DNA of 64,000 nt from Octopus sinensis (GCF_006345805.1 NC_043008.1:77004001-77068000); one strand, 5' to 3'; counted from the first letter of the stretch, positions 13,311 to 28,684 are shown. Translations and numbers: made by a program. Notes: generated from the letters alone by a model not told the origin.

Positions 13311-14144
13311 TTTACGTAATTAACTAGCCCCTCCTCAAGACTTTGGGTTTTGTGCCTATTGTAGAAAGAATTATTTGTTTGGCATGTTCATCTCTCTGGA
13401 AGTAAAGCCAGAAAGGTGCCGCATGAATCTGAAAAAGATAGTCTAAGAAATTCCTCTGCGATATAAGTAAAATTTGTTTGTATGAAATGCCATATGACAT
13501 GTCGAGGGTTGATGGTAATATTGCACGATAAGTAATTTTTGTCACAAATAAGATTTCATCGATAGCATATTCACCGTTACATACTGTTCCGCTTATTTCC
13601 TTGTACTACCGCTGTAGATATTGTGTAAAACAAATAAATAGACAAACGATTATCTAAATCCTACCCATAACGGACAGTTACAGGATGAGTGGAAACGATC
13701 GTCGTACTATAAGTAATGAAGTTCATTAGATAATCGCCAATTCCTTTGCCATTTCATTTTTTTATTACCGCTCTGTACTCGACCAACGCTTCGTTCTGTA
13801 GCATATGCACATTGAGTTTTCACCAGGTTGATTAGTATCACGATAGTTATGAGTGTCACTTATTCTTTTAATGACTAGTGCCAATTTATCATCCGTTTCC
13901 TTCATCAGTTATTATCATCGCAACTAACACAGCGGAATTCCTGAAGTAGATCCAGCGCAATATATATGTATATAAACATGTATATATGTATGTTTGTATA
14001 TATATATATATATATGTTTATATATATATATAGAGAGAGTTAGATATACATATTTATACACACAAATACACACACACTTACACACACATACACACACATA
14101 CACACACAGACACACACACACACACACACCACACACACACACAC

Positions 14145-14248
<104 letters not shown>

Positions 14249-14264
14249 TATTAATAAACAAGAA

Positions 14265-14475
14265 AAAACACAAGAAAAAAACAACAATGCGAGGACGTGG
14301 AACATGTAAAGTATTAGCAAACGCCAGGGAAGGAAAGAAAGGTGGTTTTACGTTTCTAGCAAAGCTCTTCTTCAGAAACAGTAGACAGAGGAAAGTCCAA
14401 GAGGAAAGGAAGACGGAGGAAAGAAAATCGCCAGCGATGCACATGTGGTTACATTTTGAAATGACCGGAAGGGAA
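14265..14475 (-). repeat. Penelope-like terminal-repeat remnant with minimal hammerhead-like motif
   Basis: Minus strand gttt-CTGAAGA-agagctttgcta-GAAAC-GTA-aaac, embedded between (TA)n tracts. Confidence 0.5.
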
Positions 14476-14819
14476 AATATATATATATGTATCAGAAAAT
14501 GAGAGAGATAACAGAGGAATAATCGATCATCTTATAATTCATAGATGAGTGCCTGAGTAACACCTTACACCTTCACCGGAGACTCAGGTATGAATTGCAT
14601 GAGTCCACTGCGTCTTATAGGAGAAACAGCTGTAAGCTAATGAAGTTCATTAGATAATCGCCAATTCCTTTGCCATTTCATTTTTTTATTACCGCTCTGT
14701 ACTCGACCAACGCTTCGTTCTGAAGCATATGCACATTGAGTTTTCACCAGGTTGATTAGTATCACGATAGTTATGAGTGTCACTTATTCTTTTATTTGTT
14801 TCAGTCACTGACTATGGCC

Positions 14820-14852
<33 letters not shown>

Positions 14853-15015
14853 TGTATGTATGTATGTATGTATGCATGTATGTATGTATTTATATGTATG
14901 TATTTATACGTATGTATATGTATGTGTGTGTCTGTGTTTAAAGCGAGATAAAAAACAATTAATACATACACACATACATACATAAATACATATGTATGTA
15001 TATATATATATATAC

Positions 15016-15054
<39 letters not shown>

Positions 15055-15056
<2 letters not shown>

Positions 15057-16927
15057 TAGCTGAAGGTGACCCGCTCTACGCACGGGTAAGAGTGTGGTTG
15101 TTACTTTCTGTTGCTTCCTTTCAGCACGTAAAAAGCACCATCCGAACGTGGCCGATTGCAGCGCCACCATGACTGGCTTATGTGCCGGTGGAACGTAAAA
15201 AGCACCAACCGATCGTAGGCGCTGCCATCCCCCCTGGCACCTGTGCCGGCGGCACGAAAAAAGCACCCACTACGCTCACAGAGTGGTTGGCGTTAGGAAG
15301 AGCATCCAGCTGTAGAAACACTGCCAGATCAGACTGGAGCCTGGTGCAGCCTCCTGGCTTCCCAGACCCCGGTCAAACTGTCCAACCCGTGCTAGCACGG
15401 AAAACGGACGTTAAACGATGATGATGATGATGATGATTCTCCCTCTTTGTTTCTCTCTATCTTTATCTATCTATCTCCCATTTATAAACAACAAAAGATC
15501 TTGAGTAAGTTGAGAAAGGAAATATTTTGAAAAATCAATCATAAATATCAGGCAGTAACAACGGAAAGGTCCGCTTCAAGGCAGACAGCAAAACACTAAC
15601 ATTTAAAAGGGACAGACGAACTTGCGAGCTGAATAAAAATAATAAGATATTGGAAACCAAAGTTTGAAGGGATAGAATCTGAGGGTAGTAGAGTCAGCAT
15701 GGTTGGCATTTCTTAACGACGGACAGCAACGTTTTGACAGTTTAACGGCTGGCGTAAAATTTTGAACTTGATGTAAAAGAAAATCCCTAAACACCAAGTT
15801 TTGAAGTGATTCTTTTTCATAACAGTAGACTCACCATAGCAAGCATTCAAAACTTCTTCATCATGGACGGCAACACATTGACGATTAAAAGGCTGGATCA
15901 AATATTTTAGCTTGATGTAACAGAGAATTCCTAAACACCCGCTCCTTTAAATTTTAATCCCCTTCCAGCCCCATTTAGACCCCTTTTCACATTTTGGTTA
16001 ATATAACCCGATTTCATTCGGGTCTACTGGGGCCACATTTTATAAGATGAGGAATTTTGTCCTAGAGGTCACGCCTTTCATTTGAGGAAAAAAAATAGTT
16101 GTCATGCAAACTTGCCAGCACTTTTAACATAGGTCTGCACCTATGTATGTGTGTGTGTGTATGTATGTGTATGTATGTGTGTGTATGTATGTGTGTATGT
16201 GTGTGTATGTATGTGTGTGTGTATGTATGTATTTCCATTGAGTCAACCTCATTATTTTCTACACAGCAGACCATTACATAAACAGGCAAAGGTACATACA
16301 TACATACATACACACACATACACACATACATACACACATACATACACATACATACACACACACATACATAGATACACACACACACATACATGCATGCATA
16401 CATATACACTTACATGCATACACACGCACGCACTATAAAAACCGAGTAAAAAATTTCAGTTATCTCTCTCTTTCACACAGACAGATACATAAAAGAAGTA
16501 CGTTTGTATGAAATAGAGTGAGTATTGTGTGTTGGTGGTGGTGGTGGTGGCGATGATAATTATCATTAGGAAAAAGAGTGAGTGTGTGAGGAAGACATAT
16601 ACATAAGTTGTGGCGATGATAATTCTCCCTATGAATGCAGACAGATACATCAGAGAACGCCGTCTGACAAACTTTACATTAAATAACGCGGATGGACATT
16701 GTCAAAGTTATATATGAAGGAGAGTGAGAGGGTAATGGAGGAAATAACGTGAGTGAGGAAGATGGCTCCTAGCAACCACGCCTTTTAAGATAGGGATTTC
16801 TAAGGTAGCCCACGGGCATCGTCACCTCATTCTACATGTCCCTGTAAATTTTGGAGCGAATCGGACGGGACGTAGTGGCATTGAAAGCGACCCAAGCGGT
16901 AAAAACGCATTTCAGTTTTATATATAG
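15055..16927 (+). mobile_element. Helentron/DINE-like non-autonomous element with nested SINE and microsatellites
   Basis: 5' actagc...acccgctctacgcacgggt short hairpin; 3' aaattttg..gaatcgg...cagttttatatatag; internal ~55-bp direct repeat at ~15742 and ~15885. The two ends may not belong to one element. Confidence 0.45.
15110..15437 (+). mobile_element. SINE/retroposon with (GAT)n tail (RTE-type 3' end)
   Basis: Three cg(t/a)aaaaagcacc sub-repeats, a ggcgttaggaagagcatccagc motif, and an end ggacgttaaacgatgatgat... Confidence 0.75.
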
Positions 16928-16933
16928 AAATAT

Positions 16934-16986
<53 letters not shown>

Positions 16987-17016
16987 TATATATATAATAT
17001 ATATGTATGTATGTAT

Positions 17017-17079
<63 letters not shown>

Positions 17080-17535
17080 ACATATATATATATGTATAAT
17101 ATGATTGTGTGTGTATATATATATATCCACACACACATATATACATATACATGTATATATATATGTATGCATGTATATATGTATATGTATATACACCAGC
17201 TCAATTTGATTCGAAAGACACCCGCTGTTTTATTCTTGCTGTTTGTATTTGTACTTATGTAACATGTTCTCCATTTCTTGGTCGTACACATTCACTTGCT
17301 TTTTTACAAAATATCTAATGCTCTTTTAGCTTAGACTATTAGGGGAGTAACCAGATCGAACAACATCGAGTGTAACTGCCCGACACTTAGGGACATCTGG
17401 TAACTTGATTGAAGAAAGAAAGCCACGAATGACCTGTCCTTTTTTACCTGTCCCCATAATTGTCGTTTTTCCTGTCCGCCTTTGTATTGTCTATCTTTCC
17501 GGATGTTTTATTGTCCTCTATTGCGTTTCTGTTCC

Positions 17536-17589
<54 letters not shown>

Positions 17590-17599
<10 letters not shown>

Positions 17600-18233
17600 C
17601 GTGTGTGTGTCTATGTGTGTGTGTGCGTGTTTGTGTGTTTGTGTGTGTTTGTGTGTTTGTGTGTGTGTGTGTTTGTGTGTGTGCATTAATGTTTGTTTTT
17701 ATCTCGATTAATAATAAAACCTATTTTGAATTAAACTGAAGCGTCACTCGATAAGTTTTTAGAGTCGATATTGATTATTGTTTTATAAGAATAATTTTGA
17801 TAGAGGCTTCTATGTTTCCGTCTGGTTAGCCTTCATCAGATTGTCCGATGAAAAGTAACCAGGCCGAAACACCCTTCTTGTAAAAAAAATTGTGGTGTGT
17901 GTGTGTGGGTGTGTGTGTGTGGTGTGTGTGTGTGTGTGTGCGTGCGTGTGTGTGTCTATGTGTGTGTGTGCGTGTTTGTGTGTTTGTGTGTGTTTGTGTG
18001 TTTGGTGTGTGTGTGTTTGTGTGTGTGCATTAATGTTTGTTTTTATCTCGATTAATAATAAAACCTATTTTGAATTAAACTGAAGCGTCACTCGATAAGT
18101 TTTTTAGAGTCGATATTGATTATTGTTTTATAAGAATAATTTTGATAGAGGCTTCTATGTTTCCGTCTGGTTAGCCTTCATCAGATTGTCCGATGAAAAG
18201 TAACCAGGCCGAAACACCCTTCTTGTAAAAAAA

Positions 18234-18240
<7 letters not shown>
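17590..18240. repeat. Tandem duplication, period ~344 bp, bounded by (GT)n
   Basis: cattaatgtttg at 17684 and 18028; near-identical units. Confidence 0.9.
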
Positions 18241-18292
<52 letters not shown>

Positions 18293-18717
18293 GTGTTAGT
18301 GTGAGTGTGTGTGCTAGCAAGTATAAATATGTCGCCTACGAAGTTACGCCGAATTGTTGAATTTGTTTTCGTAAAAAAAAATATACAAACGATAAAAAAA
18401 AACCAAGCTTCAACTCTTTCTCTAGACAAGTTTCGGTGACAATCTACTGAGAAGACAGACAGTAACTCCATCTATTAATCTATTAAATCTTTAAGTGAGT
18501 AACAAACATTCTAAATATGTTGTGTGTATGTATGTGTGTGTCCGTGTGTGTGTGTGTGAAAGGGTCTGTATGTGTGGTACATGTTTGTATGATATAGGTG
18601 AAGTGTTCTACATATGTGTGTATGTGTGTGTGTGGGGGTATATAATTATATTTGTTATGTAACGGTGCACAACAAACGTGTATGTATGTGTGTATGTATG
18701 TACGTATATGAATATGA

Positions 18718-18748
<31 letters not shown>

Positions 18749-18758
18749 TATATTATAT

Positions 18759-18789
<31 letters not shown>

Positions 18790-18819
18790 TATATATATAT
18801 CTATATATATATATAATAT

Positions 18820-18957
<138 letters not shown>

Positions 18958-18964
18958 TATTATA

Positions 18965-20540
<1,576 letters not shown>

Positions 20541-21349
20541 GCACACGTATATATACATGTGTGAGTGCAAGTATGTATGTATGTATGTATACGTCTATAT
20601 GTGTGTGTGTATTTGTATGTATATATGTATATCGGACATGTGACCGTGGATCTTCTGAAGGTTGAGATTAGCTGTACTATGTGATTAATGAGGCTAATAT
20701 TCTGTTTTAATTAATAGAAGTGTGTATTGGGGTGTGGGTATATTCCAGAAGAATCCTGTTAAAAATGTGATTGGCTGTAATGTTTAGTAAGAGAATGATG
20801 AGTGAGTTGATATGTTTGATGTTGATAAAATTAATTGTTCTGAATTATATATAGCAACCTCTAATGAGTACCGTACTCCCGTGTCTATGTAATGACTCAC
20901 AACATTCTTGTCTTCCACCCACACAGACACGCACACAGATTTCTCTCTTTCTCCTTCTCTCTCTCTTTCTCCTTCTCTTTCCATGCCTTTCAGTCATTAA
21001 ATACACACACACATTCATATGTTACTCATTTATCAGCTATAAAGCTACATAATTGACTCGGGGACCTAGACTTTCGTGCAACAGTACTTATCAAATTTGA
21101 TATATGTCACGTACGAAATCTGAGCCCTCGAATCACTTATTAAGCTTTACAGCTAACAGATAAATATGTTTATATTCTGCTTTACGAGTTTATTACCAAA
21201 CTTAGATAATCACTCACACACATGTATCTACATATACGCTCACACACGCGCACACACATCCTTATTGGCACGCGCGTCTATGTGTCTGAGTGTGCGCGTG
21301 CGTGCGTGTGTATGTGTATGTGTGTGTGTGTGTGTGTGTGTACAGTATG

Positions 21350-21660
21350 ACGCAATGGTTCTGAAATTCGCTTCATAATCACGAGACCGCAGGTTCGATC
21401 GAGGTTATCTTGGTTAAATGTCATCTTTCGTGGCCGCGAATTGACCCATAACCGTGAGAGTGAATTTACATAGACACAACCTGTTTAGATGTTCCTTGGG
21501 TGGATTGTGCGAATAATTCAAAAAGATACAAGATTTCGCATACTACATCTTGCGGATTCTGCTTCAAAATTTCGTTAAGGATACACACTTATCGAATGCT
21601 CAAGTGCCTACACGTTATTTCAGGTCTAGATTATTCAGTTGATTGAACAACTTGATAATT
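21350..21660 (+). mobile_element. Old copy related to the 41369 tRNA/CORE-SINE family
   Basis: B-box ggttcgatc; aaggatacac...gaatgctca...cacgtta.ttca resembles the 41575-41650 body. Confidence 0.5.
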
Positions 21661-21999
21661 AATGTCGAACGGAAGGAAGGGGGTTTGTGTGTGTGTGTTA
21701 TTGTTTTCGCTGTTGCTTTGTTTTATACGAGCTGTTCCAAATCCCGCCCAGAGATCTCATATAACAGCAAGTTGGTCTTCTTCTCTGTACGTTATTTATG
21801 AGCAACAATATATTTCAGAAAAAGGAGACTCAATGCCGAGAATTAAGATGTCCTTGTTTAATGTCCCTTGCTGTAATATTTGCGATAGTGAAAGAGTTTA
21901 AAACATGCATATATTCTCAGACTGGTAGCGTTTTTCCTTTTTGGGATGTGGACAACACCTAGGAAAATAAAATCTTTTGTAGTTTTGATACTTTTGATT

Positions 22000-23460
22000 T
22001 TCCTAGTAATTGTTCATAATGTTTAAGAGTATCATTTGGTATTATCTCTAACGCTACAGAGGCACAATTGTTCTTAGATGTCACATTTTTGAGTCCGCCA
22101 TCTCAGATCTTTGTACTTAACTTTTCAAATGTCTTCACAGAAGTGTTGCAGTCTGCTGGGATTGAGATATCTATGATCACACATATTTAGTCAATATGAT
22201 ATTTTAACCACGATATCTGATCTACTGACCTGAATAACTTGAACAGTTTGAATTCTAAAGTCCCAAAGAACAGTGATGTCTTAATTTTCTACTACTTTGG
22301 CAGTCTTATATTCCCGCTAGTTCTTCTGATATAGTGTCCAAACTGATGGCATATGATCCAAAGGAAATACTGACCAAACCTATCATAGTGATTAGTATGC
22401 TCAGACGAGGCTAACATAGAACAGTCAGAGACGTGGTGGTCAATCGTTTCTCCGGTTGTACAACAAAAGCAGTAAGCCGGACCAGTACTGTTTTAAAGAA
22501 TGCTTGTTTGGTAGTTTCTGGCGGGCAGACACTGATACTGGGCTACTTTAATGAAGTACTCTGTTTCTGATTTAAGTTCAGATACTGACAATCAAGGATA
22601 CATCATATTTATACCAACATCAAGATCACCGGCCCTTATAGTGCCATTACCAAGTAATGTCTTACTTTTCCAACTATTACACAGCTCTAAGATTCCATTT
22701 GATTTGACTCGTGCTTTAGTTTGTTTTGCTTTCACAATGAGTTCTTCTGTTTCATCTGAATACACCTCAATCTGGATGATCTTTAATTCCTTTAGATTTA
22801 TATACTGCTTCTTATATTCAGTATAGTTTTTCGGTGCTTTCATATTTGCAAACAACTTCAAGCACCCAGTCATTTGTGTTCTGAAATAAGTGTCTGATCC
22901 TATGGTTCCTGTCTTAAGGTACAATTGTAGCTGCATCATTCCACACACTTCATTCTTTCGTGGGATGTATAGTCTATCTACATCTGCTTATGTGTGGTGC
23001 ATGCAGCGCATTGTGAGGGACTTGCGTATTTTTCTCTCAATTTTATTGATTTTATTAAAGGGCCATTTTATATTAAAGTTGGAGATTTCATCAAGTGTAG
23101 CCAGGATACTAATGGCATCAATCCCATATTTCACATTAATGTTCGCTTTTTTGGTTAGCATTTTTCTGGCATTTGTGAGTTCTGGGTACCATTCCTTTCA
23201 CACACTCTGAAATATATGTAATTTTTTTTCAGGAACTTATTTCTAGATTAAGGTAGACTTTTTTTCCACGGGTTTTCCTTTGAGAGATGTGGCTTCAGCA
23301 CGTTTACCAAGGTCGAACTCCATTTTTATACCATCACTGAACTGTTTTATTATATTTGAAAGCCGCCCCAGTTATTGATCACCATTTGCAAAAGGCTTTA
23401 GTTCGTACCTCTAAAGAATGTGATTAATTTGATTAATTAGTCTGTCGTGTACTCTGTTTC
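22000..23460 (-). mobile_element. R4/Dong-like LINE, RT C-terminal half plus CCHC zinc finger and RLE endonuclease, decayed
   Basis: Minus strand: INHIL..ELKPFA (degenerate INHLLFMDDLKLFA), LHGxY-like region, CFCCTTGETIDHHVSDC..., WDF..QT...RSDIV, IIDISIP, EKLSTKI. Confidence 0.85.
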
Positions 23461-24930
23461 CATGATTTTTTGCCTTTCAAAAACTTATTTAGGGGAATGA
23501 GAGTCATACAAATAAGAATTGAAGGCTTGGAAATAGATGTATCTATTTCCAACCCTTTAAGATTTTATTTTAATTTACATATCGCTTTATATTTCTCCTT
23601 TATTAGTTTTCTGCTTATTTCTTTCCTTTACCCCTTCTCTTTCTATAGGCTACCTTTGACGTTATATCTTCTAACGGTTTTTAAAAAAAGCTTATTTTTT
23701 TACATCTAGTACTAAATCTTTCTCCATTTCTAAGTTAAGGGTAAAAATAAAACAACCCTGCAAACACAATTGATCTTTACACACAGACGCTCAGAACAAC
23801 AGCAACCAAATAACCACAGTGGAGTGCATAACAAACATCAGCGATCTGACTGTCGCCTGTACTCTTGACAAGAGATGCTAGTTAGTCTTTTACACCTACC
23901 AGGCTCGTTCGTATTAGCCCATGTTTCTGGATAATTTTTCCTTTTTTCAGAATACGGAAACTTTTCATAGATTGGAATTTAAATCCTAATCTCTATAGAA
24001 ATTTATTGTTTCAAGAAAACATTGAATTTGAATTACTTTTAATTTTCACTATTATAGATAACAACTCGGGCTGTAAATTCTGAGCCCGAGTCAAGCGCGT
24101 GTCAACGATGTCGAGAGAACGTCTGCTACAAATGACATTTTTTGATACAGGGCACCGCCAGCCGCTGAACGAAAATAAATGAACTGCGACTAGGCTCAAT
24201 AAAAGGAGTCCGATTTATTGGCTGCAATTACATACTTGAGGTCAGTGTTGGCAGAAATTAAATCAACTTGCAAATTCACGTTTATACCTTTGTTAAGCTA
24301 TACGCAAACATACTAGTGGAGACGAGAATACATTTATCGTCTGTCTCTCTCTCACACACAATCACACACACAGGCACAAATGCAGTTATATACACACACA
24401 CATACACACACACACACAAACACACGCACTCATTAACACAAGCACACACCCACACATTTCCATACATACAGCAAACATACTGTCCCCTATCTATTTTTAC
24501 TTCCTCCTACTATCCATTTTTGACGTCAATGCTTATAACGGATTTTTTTTAAAAAACACTCATTATCGCTTTGGTTACCATGTAGGCAATCATCGAAATT
24601 TTTGTTTGTCTTGTTGTTGAGAGAGGCTCCTTTTCTTCCCTGATGAGAAGATTGCATAATGCACCCTTTATTCCTTCGGAATGAAAATATGCTGTCTTCG
24701 AAACATGTGTCGAGAGTAAAGGAATTTTGTTAACATCTTCGTTCGACTCCATTCTTTCATTTATTCATATACAACACACAAATTTCTACACATGAACCCG
24801 GAGTTTCTACCCTTGACAGGTCGCTTCAACCGTGTTTTCTGACGGGAATTTGCTACCCAGGTTTCGGTTAAACGAATTTTCTATGCTGACGATAAACATA
24901 GGATAATTCATTCACCTACTTAAATATATA

Positions 24931-24986
<56 letters not shown>

Positions 24987-25144
24987 CACATAAAGTCACG
25001 ACAAATTGTTTCGCAACTTAAAACATGTAAATAATTTATATTATATTTGAGAATAAATAAATTATTTACATACCTGCATTAATGCAAAATGCAAAATAAA
25101 CATATATTGTGACTTAAATTTATATATATATATAATATATATAT

Positions 25145-25860
25145 ATTAGGTTGGTAACTATGTTCCCGCCGTTTTTTTTTTATTTAATTCTTTTTAAACG
25201 TTTAATAAAAAAAATAATAACTAATTAATCAATAATGTATTCGCCATTGTTGTTTACAACTTCTTCCCAACATTCAACAAGGTTTTCAATACCTCGTTAG
25301 TAGAAATCACCCGATTTCGACTCGAAAAATTGATCCAACCAAGCTCTCAATTCTGCATCAGTATTGAACGAAACTCCGCACATAGCAATTGAAAGAGATC
25401 GAAAGAGGAGGAAATCCGTTGGTGCCAAATCAGGAGAGTACGGCGTGTGTGGCAGCACTTCCCAGCCATGCGTTTGAATGGCTTTCTTGGTCATATTGGC
25501 AATATGAGGGCGGTCCTTTACGTGCAGCAGAAGAATTCCATGCTGACAGACGATTAGGTCTTTTCTCTTAAATAGCCGTGTTGAGTCGTTCCATCTGATG
25601 AACATAGAGTTCCGCGTTGACCGTTTGGTTCCGTTCAAGCAATTCGTAATGGATAATCCCTTCCCAGTCCCACCATACGCACAACATCGTTTTACGCGGA
25701 TGAAGATCTTGTTTCACGCGCGGTGTCGCTTGTTTACCGGGGCTAAGCCATTCCTTGCGCTGCTTCATATTCATGTAAAGGCACCATTTTTCGTCGCCAG
25801 TAACGATTCGGTAAAGAAATCGTTGCTTGTGTCTATGACTTGAGCGGAGGAGCAAGCACA
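25145..25860 (-). mobile_element. Mariner (Mos1/SETMAR-like) transposon, 3' part with right TIR
   Basis: FLYRIVTGDEKW, KTMLCVWWDWEGIIHYELL, HVKDRPH (HDNARPH), YSPDLAPTDFLLF; TA-flanked TIR-like ttaggttggtaactatgttccc at ~25146; frameshift near 25570. Confidence 0.93.
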
Positions 25861-26150
25861 CCATATATATATATACACACACACATACATACATATATAT
25901 GTGTGTGTATGTGCGTGTGAGTGTATGTATATATATACATATATATAAATACATTTGTGTGTGTATGTGTGTGTGTGTGTGTGTGTGCGTGAGTAAATTA
26001 TTCGCAACAAGTATAGTCGTCACTAAAGTGACGTAGGGTGCTATCACACAAGTATTGGTAGAAATTATATTCAAAACAACTCTTATCCATGTGACGACTG
26101 ACAACGGAGACAAGCCGTTGTATGGCAAGGGATATATGGCAAGGGATATA

Positions 26151-26259
26151 CAGTAACCCTCGACTTTTGCGGTTGTCACGTTCCAGAACACCCCGCGGTA
26201 GGTGAAAATCCGCGAAGTAGAAACAATACTCTCGTGTATATTTATTATTATTATTATTA

Positions 26260-26333
<74 letters not shown>

Positions 26334-26420
26334 TTATAAATGCTAAACAGTACCACAGAGGAACAGACATAAGCTTAAATAACCGCGATAGGTGAACCGC
26401 GTTATGGCGAGGAATTACTG
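26151..26420. mobile_element. Tigger/pogo-like MITE containing an expanded (TAT)n
   Basis: TA|cagtaaccctcg ... cgaggaattactg|TA imperfect TIRs with TA target duplication; internal ccgcg.taggtgaa repeats. Confidence 0.75.
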
Positions 26421-26725
26421 TATATATATAAATGGAGTTAATCGCAGGTGTTATTCAAATTCTTTTACTTCCGACATATTCTTTTGGAATAATACCAATG
26501 ATAACTTCGATACATGAGTCGGAAGTAAAAGAATTTTAATAACACCTGCGTTTAACTCCATTTGTTTATTCATATATATTATACAAAATATTTCACGTAA
26601 ACCCGGAGTATCTACCTTTAAAAACAAGGTGTTACGCCCTCTTTACTTGTGTGATTTTTTGCTACCCTGGTAACTATTTATCTATTTTTCCGTGTTAATT
26701 GTAAACAAGAGAAAAATATTCACAT

Positions 26726-26929
<204 letters not shown>

Positions 26930-27059
26930 GGAGATCTACTTCCATAGTGACTTAATTTGAGATCATATGCAGGTGACCTGATCTGAGATCGTTGAAGTGA
27001 ATCTAACGGTTTTCGTGTGTTTTTAAATGGCTTATAAAGACATTCCGCGCCGCAATTGT

Positions 27060-27103
<44 letters not shown>

Positions 27104-27869
27104 AACAAAGGAGAGAAACAATATAAAATTCATGAGATTCTGTATTTATCGCAACAGAAGCAGTGAAAATGCTTTAATCGGCTACTACCAGGTGTATACC
27201 CAAGCTTTAAATAACTGTGGTAGCGGGGACGTAATGCAAGAGGTGTACAGTATATTAAATATATTTCATATCATGCAAATATTATCTGATGTAGATTTCA
27301 ATACGCTGATAGAGTGGGTAGATATGTTTACTAACTTAAATGCTAATAGTCTACTCAGTTTCGTTTGCATTTGAACTATCCACGTTTGTTAGATGAACAG
27401 ATTCTAAACAATTATCAATCTCATAGTCGGAAAAGTAAACTGTTAGCTTTTCATACTTATAACGTGGGCGTGCACGCACTCGCACAGATACATACGCATA
27501 TACATGCTAATATACTCTATCACAAGTATTGAGTCCTGCACTAGATAATGCGTATAGAGTGTTAAGTAACTTTCTCAAGTCATACTTTAAGTATGAATTG
27601 TGTGTGTGTGTATGTATTTATCAGCATGTGTTTGTATGTGAGTGTGTGTTGTTTTTATATGGTTCAAATACTGAGGTGAGAGGAATTATTGTACAAGAAT
27701 TTCAACTTTCCAGTGAAGTAACCATTATCTCTTCTGTGATAAATAAACATAGAAATATATTCATTTGAGTGTTGTTTTTCTATCAACTGACCTAGATCAA
27801 CTCTTCTATTCTCGAACTTGGTCAAAGGTCATGTAACACAAATATTTCAAATAAACAAAACGTTATGTA

Positions 27870-27921
<52 letters not shown>

Positions 27922-27976
27922 CGTATATATATAGGCGTATATATATATATATATATTATATATATATATATATATA

Positions 27977-28140
27977 GGCGTAGGCGAGACTGTGTGCTAA
28001 GAAACTTGCCTCCCGACCATATAGTTCCGAGTTCAGTCCCACTGCGTGGCACCTTGGGCAAGTGTCTTCTACTATAGCCTCGAGTCGAGCAAGGCTTTGT
28101 GAGAGGATTTAGTAGACGGAAACTGGAAGAAGCCTGTCGT
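27977..28140 (+). mobile_element. tRNA/CORE-like SINE family B, 5' half followed by (GT)n
   Basis: B-box gagttcagtccc, CORE-like ccttgggcaagtgtctt, ends agacggaaactggaagaagcctgtcgt. Confidence 0.85.
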
Positions 28141-28159
28141 GTGTGTGAATGTGTGTGTG

Positions 28160-28239
<80 letters not shown>

Positions 28240-28639
28240 TGTGTGTGTGTTGCCACATTCTTAACAATAATTCTAAAAATGGTTTACTAATGTTGTGACC
28301 GATATATAAATTCCATTTCTATGATTATTGTAATTAGGTAGGAATAGAGTAAAATTAGCTTATATAGAGGTGAAGCAAAAAAGTAGTTGTTACGGTAATA
28401 AGATCAAGAAAATAGTTGTGACACCGAAAGAAGAGTGGATAAAGAATTTGTGACCGAGTTATGGAAAGCAGAGAAAGAGACAAAATGGTTGTGTCGTAGA
28501 GAAGGTAGAGTGATGAAACTAACCAGCGGATCAAGTATTATCTCTATCTAAGTAGCTCTAAGGAAATATTCCGGTGTGAGTCAGCTCTAAGCTGTAACTC
28601 GCTACCGTCTCTGTCACTCCACCGCTAGGACCGTTTTGA

Positions 28640-28683
<44 letters not shown>

Positions 28684-28684
28684 T
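28640..28684. repeat. (TAG)n microsatellite
   Basis: Directly visible. Confidence 0.95.

Noticed and set aside
25568-26356. 262-aa ORF as an intact or domesticated transposase fusion
   Set aside because: Chance read-through of (TAT)n, a MITE and (CA)n into a frameshifted mariner fragment.
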